The notes under the pieces are model-generated. The model saw only the letters and a program-made list of their open reading frames with translations, ran no database searches and was not told the origin of the DNA. This document shows positions 29,111 to 38,292 of a DNA stretch of 39,499 nt, in pieces. The stretch is from positions 1 through 39,499 of the forward strand of contig JALTLO010000150.1 in the NCBI GenBank assembly GCA_027001995.1, given 5' to 3'. The position numbers and the translations under genes are program-made. The first letter of the stretch is position 1. The number at the start of each line of letters is the position of its first letter. The DNA is from Planctomycetota bacterium (GTDB lineage: Bacteria; Planctomycetota; GCA-002687715; DRQF01).

Positions 29111-29321
29111 TAAATGCCTCTCTACTTGGAATCATCAACACCGGGACTTTGGACGAGCAAGTCCCACTCTTCCCGCAACCGTACAAGAACCACGACAGCA
29201 CGTCCATCCTTCTTGTGGAGTTATTCTCTCTCATAAGGAAAGAAACTGCTCTCCTTGAGGGGCTCATAGGGGGTCACCCGTGTGGCCTTGGTCATGGATA
29301 GCTTCAGTTTCGACCCAGGGG

Positions 29322-29354
29322 ATTGAAGGTGAATTGAAGATGAATTGAAGATGA
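29322..29354. promoter_or_regulatory. Three tandem 11-bp direct repeats, candidate transcription-factor binding site
   Basis: ATTGAAGGTGA ATTGAAGATGA ATTGAAGATGA, about 210 bp upstream of the FG-GAP gene start. Confidence 0.45.
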
Positions 29355-29523
29355 GATGCAAGAGTATGAAGTGATTATTGACTGGCCCCTGAGTGAACGG
29401 GCCTATTTCTTCCAATGAGCTTGTCGTGAAATCAAATGTGAGAGCTTTATTGAAGCTGCAATATGCCTTGCTTGGAATCCACCTCAGGTCACTTGATCGC
29501 GGACTAAAAGCAAAAATGAAAAA

Positions 29524-30471
29524 CTACTCAGACTCAAGATCCAAACAATAACGCCTCATCTCAATTTCCTCGTTCGTGGGGTTGTGAATCCAAAGTTGGC
29601 GATCCGATTGGCAAAGGCAGCGGCTCAATTGTAGTTGAGCATCGAGAATAACACCCCTCGCTTCAATTGAACTTGCGAGAATCTCATCAATCTTCTTGTG
29701 ACTCAGGGATACGGATTGAGCTGTGACCAACTGGGGGAAGAAATCCGGAAGATCTGATGACAAGATCCCGAACTTGGCCCGCGCCAGGAAGAAGGCGCCG
29801 TAGTGCTGAAAGAACTCGTCTTTCGTGAGCCCACTTCTCTCACCAAGAGACGGGATGTGCAATTCATCATCCTGAGAATCTAAGTCATCCCAGTAAGGTT
29901 CATGGAGTTGATGAAAGTCGTTCAACCTGACACTGTTCCCAGAATGCCCAAAAAAGGCGCAGGCACGCTTGTAGGCAAAGGCCGATGCAAGAAACTCGTC
30001 TCGCGCCAAGGCATCACGAAACCCCGTTTCGTCTATCAGGGGCAACCCAGGCAGCATGTTCTGCGCAATGGCAGTGAATAGACCAGAACCGAGTCTCCTT
30101 TCAGAACGGAAGGAATCCTCGACCAGGACATCCCCAATCCCACAAGAGGGCGACCGCGACTTCAAGACTACCCCGGAGATCCAATCCTGTCGGAATCCTT
30201 CAACGGTCTCTTTGGACCATGAGTTCATAGCAACAGTCCAGTCCTCACCACTCTCATGAGTGACCATGGACACAGCGCCGCTTTCATCTCCAACCAAACC
30301 GAGAGTCGGACGCGGTACCCCCAAACCAATGGCAACCTCCGGACAAACAGGATGGCGGAGCAAGTAAGGTATCTTGTCATCAGCGATAGTGGAGCAGAGT
30401 TTGTGCCCCCCGTCATAACGGACGTTCTCCCCAAGCAAGCACGCTGAAATGGCAATATTCAGATTGGTCAT
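29524..30471 (-). CDS. DUF523 (TudS/2-thiouracil desulfurase-like) protein with a divergent DUF1722-like C-terminal region
   Basis: ISACLLGENVRYDGGHK; VCPEVAIGLGVPR; LKSRSPSCG; GSGLFT. Confidence 0.85.
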   Translation of the reverse strand: MTNLNIAISACLLGENVRYDGGHKLCSTIADDKIPYLLRHPVCPEVAIGLGVPRPTLGLVGDESGAVSMVTHESGEDWTVAMNSWSKETVEGFRQDWISGVVLKSRSPSCGIGDVLVEDSFRSERRLGSGLFTAIAQNMLPGLPLIDETGFRDALARDEFLASAFAYKRACAFFGHSGNSVRLNDFHQLHEPYWDDLDSQDDELHIPSLGERSGLTKDEFFQHYGAFFLARAKFGILSSDLPDFFPQLVTAQSVSLSHKKIDEILASSIEARGVILDAQLQLSRCLCQSDRQLWIHNPTNEEIEMRRYCLDLESE

Positions 30472-30574
30472 GGTATGGCTATTTTCCTAAGACTTTGCTG
30501 GCTTTCGCCAGGCAACGGTGTAGAATCCTAATGGATTGATGATCGCAGACCAATTCCCATGTCATGAGGGTGAA

Positions 30575-31516
30575 ATGCACGACGCCATCTCTATTATTGA
30601 ACTCATTGGCGACACACCCTTGGTGAAACTCCAGAGGATCGTGGAAGCTGACATGGCTTCGATTTACGTCAAACTCGAATCACAGAACCCAGCAGGCTCG
30701 GTAAAAGATCGGATCGCGAAATCCATGGTCGAAGGAGCCGAAGCTCGTGGCGATCTTCGACCGGGAATGACAATCGTTGAAGCAACGAGTGGCAATACCG
30801 GGATCGGTTTAGCCTTCATCGCTGCAGCCAAAGGTTATCCCTGCATCTTAGCCATGCCTGACAGCATGACTATGGAAAGACGCCGCGTGGTCAAGGCTTA
30901 CGGAGCGACACTTCACCTCACCCCTGGATCGGCAGGAATGCCAGGAGCCATTGCCAAGGCAGAGGAAGTATCGAAAGAAATGGGCGAAGATGCCTGGAGC
31001 CCAAGACAATTCGAAAACCCAGACAATGCATCAACACACTATGAGCGGACAGGTCCGGAGCTATTTCAACAGCTACCGGAGATCGACTGTTTCATCACTG
31101 GCGTTGGGACGGGCGGTACCATAAGTGGAACAGGAAAGTTCCTCAAAGAAGTCAAACCGACGGTGCGTGTGCTCGCGGTGGAACCCTTGGCAAGTCCAGT
31201 TCTAAGCGGCGGCGAAAAAGGCCCCCACAAAATTCAAGGAATCGGTGCCGGCTTCATTCCAGACATTTTGGATGCCGCATCCTACGACGCCGTTGAAAAA
31301 GTGAGTTATTACGATGCTGCCATGTCAGCCCGACGATTAGCACAGGAAGAAGGAATCTTGGCTGGGATCTCCTCCGGGGCCTCTGCGGCTATCGCCTTAG
31401 CGGAAGCGAAACGACTAGGCCCAGGCCACCATGTTGCTTTTATCATTTGCGACTACGGTGAACGCTATGCAAGTCATGAAATGTTCGGCCCCACCCCACC
31501 TATTCCGGAAGCGTAG
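30575..31516 (+). CDS. cysK: Cysteine synthase A (O-acetylserine sulfhydrylase)
   Basis: IGDTPLV; KLESQNPAGSVKDR (PLP lysine); EATSGNTG; QFENP; GTGGT; HKIQGIGAGF; GISSG; DYGERY. ATG 30575 follows GAGGG. Confidence 0.95.
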   Translation: MHDAISIIELIGDTPLVKLQRIVEADMASIYVKLESQNPAGSVKDRIAKSMVEGAEARGDLRPGMTIVEATSGNTGIGLAFIAAAKGYPCILAMPDSMTMERRRVVKAYGATLHLTPGSAGMPGAIAKAEEVSKEMGEDAWSPRQFENPDNASTHYERTGPELFQQLPEIDCFITGVGTGGTISGTGKFLKEVKPTVRVLAVEPLASPVLSGGEKGPHKIQGIGAGFIPDILDAASYDAVEKVSYYDAAMSARRLAQEEGILAGISSGASAAIALAEAKRLGPGHHVAFIICDYGERYASHEMFGPTPPIPEA

Positions 31517-31556
31517 TAACCTCAAGCTCTCGTCTTAGGATTCCCCTGCTAACCCC

Positions 31557-33341
31557 CTAAGGTTCTTGAACGAAGGTATGACTGCCTGCTCTGAGCTCCT
31601 GAATGACCTGCACTTGGCCATCAGGCCACACCACCCGAACATTCTTGGCCTTCTCCCTTGCCCCCAAACCGAAAGTCACGACAAGTTCATTGGACGAAAG
31701 ATAACTCCCCCCTGCTCGAAGCGTTTGGCATTGGACACCCAGTTCCGAATCCAGAAAGACCCGGGCCCCCACGGCCACCCGTTTGCCATCGGCCAGCCGC
31801 AAATCGAGCCGAATAGATCGACCTCCGACTTGATTGTTCACAAACAACCTTGGTCTACCACCGTTTGAAGTGGCAAGAAGATCGATATCACCATCACCAT
31901 CAATGTCGGCTTTGGCCAAGCCACGTCCAACGAATCGCCCCATGAAGGCGCGGCACTCAACCCGCCGAAAACGCCCCCCTTCATTGCGAAAGACGTCGAA
32001 CTGTTGAGCGTGACTTTGGCTTTCCTGAACACGAGCGATTTCAGGTTCCACATGGCCATTCGCCACAGCCAGGTCTAAATATCCATCCAAATCGCAATCG
32101 ACGAAAAGCAAACCGAAACTGAGACTATCCCGAGAAGGCGCACCAATCCCCACACTAGTAGCTTCATCAATGAACAAGGGGTTTTCTAGGTCGTCATTGA
32201 CATAGAACGCTGTCATCTCGTTGGCGAAGTTCCCAATGGCTAAAGCCAAGGAGTCGTCATTGCGAAAATGACCAACATCCATTCCCATGGCGCCTCTGGC
32301 GTTGCCATTTTCGTCGAACGCCAATCCAAGTCCAATCCCTAGCTCCTCAAATGTTCCGTCACCGCGATTCTGAAAAACGAAGTTTCGAACCGTATCGTTG
32401 GCAACGGCGATGTCCGGCCAAGAATCATTGTTGAAATCAGCAACCACAAGAGCGAGAGATTTCCCAACAGGGACTTTTGTCGCTTTGTTCTCTACATGCA
32501 AGCCCAGTTGCTTGGCGCATTCCCTAAATTTGCCTCCTCCAAGATTTTCGTAGAAGAAGGGTTGCGCCCCTTTGAAAGCCGTTGGAGGTCCGAATGCCCG
32601 GTCCAGTGACCCCAGACTGAAACCCAACTTCAAATCGATTTCGGGGGACCAGGACACATAGTTCAACACGAACAAATCAAGATCACCATCCCGGTCATGA
32701 TCGAAGAACACGGCCCCAGTCGACCAACTCTCATCCCCTGCGACTCCCGCCTCTAAGGAAACATCGACGAAGCGCCTGCCATTCTCATTACGTAACAAGT
32801 GATTTCGGCCAACCGCCGTTACAAAAAGATCGGGATCACCGTCGCCATCGTAATCACCGACGGCGACTCCCATGCCATAGAAGGAGATATCGAGGCCGAC
32901 TTCTTTGGTTACATCGGTGAAAAAGCCATTTTGATTCATGAAGAATGCCTGGGTCGCTTTGGTATCTGCTCCCCCCTCATCCCAAGAGCAAGAATTCACC
33001 AGCATCAAGTCTTGATCGCCGTCACCGTCGAAATCAAGAAATGCGGCGCCAGACCCCATGGTCTCAGGTAAGAGTTTTTGGCCTCTCCCGCCATTCTCAT
33101 GGCGAAATTTGATACCGCGCTCGACCCCTAGCTCAGAGAAATCCAAATGAATTGTCTTGGATTGAGTATCATTTTCGACAGAGGGAGCTTGAGCACGATG
33201 GATCTCACTCTTCTCCGGTCTGCTCTTGTCCCTGTAGAGCAACCAGAGCCCTGAGACCGCAGCAATCACAAAGATCAGAGTGCCCAATATGGGCAAGTTC
33301 AGGCTCCTGCTTTCATCCTCGATTTCTTCGTATTCATCCAT
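31557..33341 (-). CDS. Membrane-anchored CRTAC1-family FG-GAP/VCBS propeller with C-terminal ASPIC/UnbV domain
   Basis: N-terminal TM helix; LLPETMGSGAAFLDFDGDGDQDL; several DxDxDG loops; GRGLAKAD; AVGARV...GGSYLSS...FGLG...VVWPDG. ATG 33341 chosen to avoid a long overlap. Confidence 0.9.
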   Translation of the reverse strand: MDEYEEIEDESRSLNLPILGTLIFVIAAVSGLWLLYRDKSRPEKSEIHRAQAPSVENDTQSKTIHLDFSELGVERGIKFRHENGGRGQKLLPETMGSGAAFLDFDGDGDQDLMLVNSCSWDEGGADTKATQAFFMNQNGFFTDVTKEVGLDISFYGMGVAVGDYDGDGDPDLFVTAVGRNHLLRNENGRRFVDVSLEAGVAGDESWSTGAVFFDHDRDGDLDLFVLNYVSWSPEIDLKLGFSLGSLDRAFGPPTAFKGAQPFFYENLGGGKFRECAKQLGLHVENKATKVPVGKSLALVVADFNNDSWPDIAVANDTVRNFVFQNRGDGTFEELGIGLGLAFDENGNARGAMGMDVGHFRNDDSLALAIGNFANEMTAFYVNDDLENPLFIDEATSVGIGAPSRDSLSFGLLFVDCDLDGYLDLAVANGHVEPEIARVQESQSHAQQFDVFRNEGGRFRRVECRAFMGRFVGRGLAKADIDGDGDIDLLATSNGGRPRLFVNNQVGGRSIRLDLRLADGKRVAVGARVFLDSELGVQCQTLRAGGSYLSSNELVVTFGLGAREKAKNVRVVWPDGQVQVIQELRAGSHTFVQEP

Positions 33342-33354
33342 CAGAATTATCCTG

Positions 33355-36120
33355 CTATTTCTTCTCGACAAGGGTGCCCTTGCGATTGAGATCATAAATC
33401 ACGATCGACTCCGCAGCCTTGTCTGCTGACTCTGATTTTGCCCGATAGGTCGAAACCGCATGTTCTCTTGCATTATCGTCCGGACGGTACTTAGCGTGAA
33501 GCCCTTTGTGAAGTTGGGCCTTTTTCTTGTCACCCATCAGCCGATAAATCAGCATCAGATTATAGTGAGTCGCCAGATGTTCAGAGTCCAGCTCAAGAAC
33601 GCGCTCCAGGGTCCCTCGGGCCACTTTGAGCCCTTGCTTGCGGGCTTCACCAGAAAGTGACCGAGCCCAAAGGAACTCAGCCCGGCCCTTCTCGAAAATA
33701 ACTTGATAGTCCAAAGAGAAATCAAAGCCCCGTTCGACAATTTTTGTGCTTAAGACACGGTCGAACGCTTGAATGGCGAGCTGATAATTCCCCAGTTGCG
33801 ATTCGATTCTGCCGGTGAGCCAGTTCGCTGTCCACGGGTTGTCGATCCCCCCATTGATCGCTTTGACGATGGCGCTGCGGGCGTCCTTTAAGCGCCCTTC
33901 TTTTTCGAAAACCCGCGCTAAATCTAACCATCCAATTGGTTGCCCCAGCTCAGTCACCTTCTTAAAGGCCTCAGCAGCTTGTCTCAATTCGCCCTTCGTT
34001 GACCCAGAATTGCCGGACAACAAGAGCCCAATGCCATAGTCGCGCCAACGTTGCCACAGTGGCTTAGACTTTCCTGAGCTCGCAAGATCTCTTTTGTCAC
34101 CCAAAAGGACCACTTCATCTTCGCAGAGGGTCACGATCGGAATGTCTGGAGTCTTCTCATTGGACTCCCCTCTTTTTCGCAAGTCTTCCCAGACATGATT
34201 CATCAAGGTTCGATCAAATTTGCGATAATGTAATTTGGCCGTCAGCTTGATTGGGCCAACGACGTCTGCGGGAATCGTCAAAGCATAGTGGACAACCTGC
34301 CCCGTCCCCGGCCCCATCATGTTCGAATATAGGGTGGTGAAAATGTCTTGGACGTTTCGCCTCTCAATGCGATTGCCGTCTTTGTCAAGAATCAGAGAAT
34401 TCACGTAGTGTGACCATGGGTCCGTTTTGCGATCCTGGTCCAAGCGTCCGCTCTCTCCAATCAAACGGTCCCCAGCTCGGGCTTCTATTTCAACCCAAAC
34501 TTCATTGCTGTCCGATGTACCCTGAGTGAAGACGTGTCCTAACTTGAGTGTCCTGATTACGACCTCAACAAGGTAAGATTCACCCGGAAGAATTTCCATG
34601 GACTTGACACCCAAAGGAGCCAAGAGCTCGCCGTCAATTCGCCCGTCTTTTCGCAGAGCAAAGATGTCAATGTCCATCTGCCCATCCTTCAAGAAATCTT
34701 CTTGAAGGTGCTGAGCCTCCAAAAGACCTTTCAGCTTCGGTAGGGCTGAATTGGCTCCGGGAAAATGGTGATCGTGAATTTCGCCGTCCTGTGCCCCAAA
34801 GTCATCGCTTGCCTTCTTGGGCATGTGACATTCATTACAATTGGGCTCAGCCTTGGGAGGATAGTAGAAGCTACGAGCTCCATGGCCAGAAACACCGCTG
34901 AGGAGAAAATTGTCGTAGTGATTCTGACCACGCAACCACTCTTTGTAGTGATTCAACTCGTAGGGAATGTTCACTTTGTGACAAACAGCGCAAAACTCTG
35001 CAGACTTATGGAGGGGTTTTAGAAAGGTCTTCTTATGAAATGCAGGTTTTGCCTTCACCAATTGACGATTGACCCAGCGTAGCGCCGGATTCTCGGAAAA
35101 GGTGAAGGGATAATGCAGGGGTTCCTCAAAGGTATAATTACCATTCCCGATGGTTCCCACAACGTCGGTGATTCCATGACAAACCGTGCAATTGACCCCT
35201 TCCTGAGCAGAGGGAGCGTTCTTGAAGTCGTAGTCCGGATCATCAAAGGCTCCAGACAAAAGGGGCACAGGGTCATGGCAACCCGCACAAAATCGAGTCC
35301 CCCGTACATCATTGTCCCGCTTAAGAAGAGCTTCGCGACTCTCGCGAACGCTGAACAGATAAATCGGATTATTGAAAGAACTGAAATGGTGGACCGATTC
35401 ATTGTGATCCTTCACCGCATCCGGATGACAGTCTTGGCAGTATTGATCCATCATCAAGATTTTTTCGCTGATCAAAGCACCATCTTGGGTCCGTACACGT
35501 GCTGGCAGAAATGACTCAACTCCACTGCCTTTGTCTTTCCATTCTCGTGGGTCCGTTGAATGGAAGAAAGCCATAACCAGCAAGACTGTTAAGATGCTAC
35601 CGACGTAGGCGGCCCCCCAGCGCCATTTCAAACGTGGTCCATAACTCCTGTGCATGACGTAGAGGAAAACGGATAGAATCGGCACAAGTACATGAAGCCA
35701 ATAGGTGACCCGCCCACCAACAGATTCCAGAGGCAGCAAACGGACCGTCATGAGCAGTCCGCTGAGAATCACCACCAGGAAAGCCCCCCCAAGGACGAAG
35801 CCAGTCCGCTTTCCCAAACGATTGCGATGATTGAATGCGCTCTTGAGGTGCAGGCCAATGAATATCAAGAATATAGGAATCATGCCTAATCCAAGAACCA
35901 AGTGCCCGAGGACCATCCACATATAAAAGAAGTTCTCATGATTCGCCCCATCCCAGAATCCCCAAGAAGAAACGGAGGCTAAGTAGACGGAATTGGCTAT
36001 GAGGAAGATGAGACCTAGGCCCAGAATATACATGAGACGACGACTACCCTTGGTGAGGGCGCCTGGACGCTTAGATGGAGTCGTCGGAGGAAGAGTCCTG
36101 TTCAAATCAGAATTCGGCAT
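33355..36120 (-). CDS. Membrane-bound multiheme cytochrome c (5 CXXCH) with N-terminal TM region and C-terminal TPR repeats
   Basis: About five TM helices; CQDCH, CAGCH, CTVCH, CAVCH and CNECH; GHVFTQGTSD; TPR-like helices at the C-terminus. Confidence 0.88.
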   Translation of the reverse strand: MPNSDLNRTLPPTTPSKRPGALTKGSRRLMYILGLGLIFLIANSVYLASVSSWGFWDGANHENFFYMWMVLGHLVLGLGMIPIFLIFIGLHLKSAFNHRNRLGKRTGFVLGGAFLVVILSGLLMTVRLLPLESVGGRVTYWLHVLVPILSVFLYVMHRSYGPRLKWRWGAAYVGSILTVLLVMAFFHSTDPREWKDKGSGVESFLPARVRTQDGALISEKILMMDQYCQDCHPDAVKDHNESVHHFSSFNNPIYLFSVRESREALLKRDNDVRGTRFCAGCHDPVPLLSGAFDDPDYDFKNAPSAQEGVNCTVCHGITDVVGTIGNGNYTFEEPLHYPFTFSENPALRWVNRQLVKAKPAFHKKTFLKPLHKSAEFCAVCHKVNIPYELNHYKEWLRGQNHYDNFLLSGVSGHGARSFYYPPKAEPNCNECHMPKKASDDFGAQDGEIHDHHFPGANSALPKLKGLLEAQHLQEDFLKDGQMDIDIFALRKDGRIDGELLAPLGVKSMEILPGESYLVEVVIRTLKLGHVFTQGTSDSNEVWVEIEARAGDRLIGESGRLDQDRKTDPWSHYVNSLILDKDGNRIERRNVQDIFTTLYSNMMGPGTGQVVHYALTIPADVVGPIKLTAKLHYRKFDRTLMNHVWEDLRKRGESNEKTPDIPIVTLCEDEVVLLGDKRDLASSGKSKPLWQRWRDYGIGLLLSGNSGSTKGELRQAAEAFKKVTELGQPIGWLDLARVFEKEGRLKDARSAIVKAINGGIDNPWTANWLTGRIESQLGNYQLAIQAFDRVLSTKIVERGFDFSLDYQVIFEKGRAEFLWARSLSGEARKQGLKVARGTLERVLELDSEHLATHYNLMLIYRLMGDKKKAQLHKGLHAKYRPDDNAREHAVSTYRAKSESADKAAESIVIYDLNRKGTLVEKK

Positions 36121-36282
36121 TGGCTTCTCTTTGCGGTCCCCTGTCGGGCCCAGTCCAAGTTTTGGTGATATACGACAATTCTAATCACATCTCCGGCAAG
36201 ACCAACAACCTAGGAAGAAGGAAGACAGGGGAGGCGCAGAATAGAAATTTCCTGTATGATCCAAAAGATACCATTAAGGAGT

Positions 36283-37023
36283 ATGTTCATGTCCGTTTCC
36301 CCAGTGCATCGTTTCCAACTCGGAGTCATAGTCATCATACTGGCGTGTTCTCCGATTTACTGCCAAACGACTCAAGGCTCCAAGAAGTCCTCCAATTCCA
36401 AGAAAACTGAAAGTCCCAAAGACCTCCAAAAGAAAATACACAAGATCGAGCAAGACTTGAAGATCGCCCAGTTAGAATTAGAAATGGCCACGATTTCAAT
36501 CACACTCAAAGAAAGAAAGGCCGCAGCCGGGATCCGGTCTGCGACTTTCGCCTCTACGCGGGCTAAACAAGCTCTCCATGTTTTTGATACGTCAGAAGCT
36601 CCAGTCAAGATCAAAGAAGCTCAAATTGGGGTCGACCAAGCAAAGAACCGAGCAGAGTTGGCAAGAGACGAGCTCAACGAACTCATTGCGATGTACAAAG
36701 CCGATGAATTCGCCGAAATGACCAAGGAACTGGTGCTCAAGCGCGGACGGAAGAATCTAGAATTCGCTGAGCGGCGCTTAGCTGTTCAGCTCCAGAAACT
36801 GGAACGTCTGAAAACAATTGACCTCCCTCGCAAGCGAGAGGACCTGGCTAATAAGGTAGAAAATGCCACCGAATCGCTTTTTGACGCCAAACTATCCGCC
36901 AAAAAGACGAAACTCGAGAACACAGTCGCAAGCATCAAAGCAAACAACAAGATTGCGGATCTCCAACTGCAACTCGGGGAAGCCAAAGGAAAATTGGCCA
37001 AGACAACCGTGGGCAGGCCATGA
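36283..37023 (+). CDS. Exported long coiled-coil protein
   Basis: TAAGGAG lies immediately before ATG 36283/36289. Hydrophobic signal segment, then a K/E/A/L-rich heptad pattern throughout. Confidence 0.65.
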   Translation: MFMSVSPVHRFQLGVIVIILACSPIYCQTTQGSKKSSNSKKTESPKDLQKKIHKIEQDLKIAQLELEMATISITLKERKAAAGIRSATFASTRAKQALHVFDTSEAPVKIKEAQIGVDQAKNRAELARDELNELIAMYKADEFAEMTKELVLKRGRKNLEFAERRLAVQLQKLERLKTIDLPRKREDLANKVENATESLFDAKLSAKKTKLENTVASIKANNKIADLQLQLGEAKGKLAKTTVGRP

Positions 37024-38225
37024 TTCGGAAACACGCTCCGATTCTTTTCTTCATGATCCTGTTCACCGCGACCTTCCCCCCTTCGTTGGCGGCCCAAACT
37101 TCTAAGATAACGAAAACTCGGCCCCATGTATCTGTGCCGAAAACGATGTCTGCGAAAGAAGCTCGTTTGGCTCGCGATCGCGCTCTGGCTTGGTTGGTGA
37201 AAACACAGAATAAGGACGGAAGTTGGGCTGATGGTGTTATCGTTGGTCTCATTGATTCCGGATACTCTGTTGCCAGTTTCTTCGACTGGCAATACGCAGC
37301 CAATGCTCTAGCTTGTCAAGCTCTTCTGCAATGTGAACCAACACAACGCCGAAGCAAGGCACTCAAGGCGGGACTTACCCGGCTGGCGACCTGCCGTCTG
37401 CCGAATCGAGGTAGCGACTGGGACAATGATACTGTCTGGGCAGCGCTTTGCGGTTTGGCATGCTTTGTCGAAGTGATCCAAGATGGTCGCTACGCAGATA
37501 CTCTTCTGTCCAACCAGATACGCCGGAGAGCCAAAAAACTACTCCACAACCTCAAGCGCAATCAAGTTCCCACCGGCGGATGGGGATACTATGATGACAA
37601 ACCATATTCCCGCCGTCCCAAATGGGCCACCAGTTTTTCGACAGCTCTCATCTTACCGACTCTCAAAGACGCCATGACATTAGGGTGGTTGAGAGACAAG
37701 AAGATCTTAGCACGAGCACAGAAATATGTACGGCGGTGTCGCTTGCCCAATGGTGCCTTCCAATATGACATGCGCCCCATCCCCCGATCGCCGGCGGGAG
37801 AGAGCATTGACAACATCAAAGGGAGTTTAGGAAGAATCCAAGTATGTCATTGGGGTTTGAGAAAGAGTGGCGATCACCAGAGCATCAGCTTCAAACAGAT
37901 CGCAGGCGGACTTTCTCAATTCATGCGCTATCACAAGTTTCTTGATGTTGCCCGCATGCGTCCAGTACCCCACGAAGCCTACTACGCCAACGCTGGATAC
38001 TTTTACTTTTTCGGCCACTACTACGCATCCCGTTGCATAGAATTGCTGCCTCCTCAAGCTCGAGAATCCTGGAATGCTCAGCTCCGGCCCCACATCGTCA
38101 AGACCCAAAGGCCAGATGGGTCGTTTTGCGATTTCCTTGGCCAAGCATATATGGTTGTTGCTGATACCAGCTACGCCATCATGACCCTCAACAACGGGTT
38201 AGACACCGCCGCGAAAAATCAATGA
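37020..38225 (+). CDS. Secreted prenyltransferase/squalene-cyclase-repeat (alpha/alpha barrel) protein
   Basis: Signal peptide; QW-like repeats ALAWLVKTQNKDGSW, NQVPTGGWGY and TQRPDGSF; ATGA overlap with the upstream gene. Confidence 0.75.
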   Translation: MIRKHAPILFFMILFTATFPPSLAAQTSKITKTRPHVSVPKTMSAKEARLARDRALAWLVKTQNKDGSWADGVIVGLIDSGYSVASFFDWQYAANALACQALLQCEPTQRRSKALKAGLTRLATCRLPNRGSDWDNDTVWAALCGLACFVEVIQDGRYADTLLSNQIRRRAKKLLHNLKRNQVPTGGWGYYDDKPYSRRPKWATSFSTALILPTLKDAMTLGWLRDKKILARAQKYVRRCRLPNGAFQYDMRPIPRSPAGESIDNIKGSLGRIQVCHWGLRKSGDHQSISFKQIAGGLSQFMRYHKFLDVARMRPVPHEAYYANAGYFYFFGHYYASRCIELLPPQARESWNAQLRPHIVKTQRPDGSFCDFLGQAYMVVADTSYAIMTLNNGLDTAAKNQ

Positions 38226-38292
38226 CTATTCTCCACTCCTGGCAACAGGAAGATTGAGACAGTTCATTGAGACGACAGAAACGAGAGAACCG

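Noticed and set aside
37020..38225. Squalene-hopene cyclase
   Set aside because: Too short (401 aa), has a signal peptide and lacks the DxDD catalytic motif.
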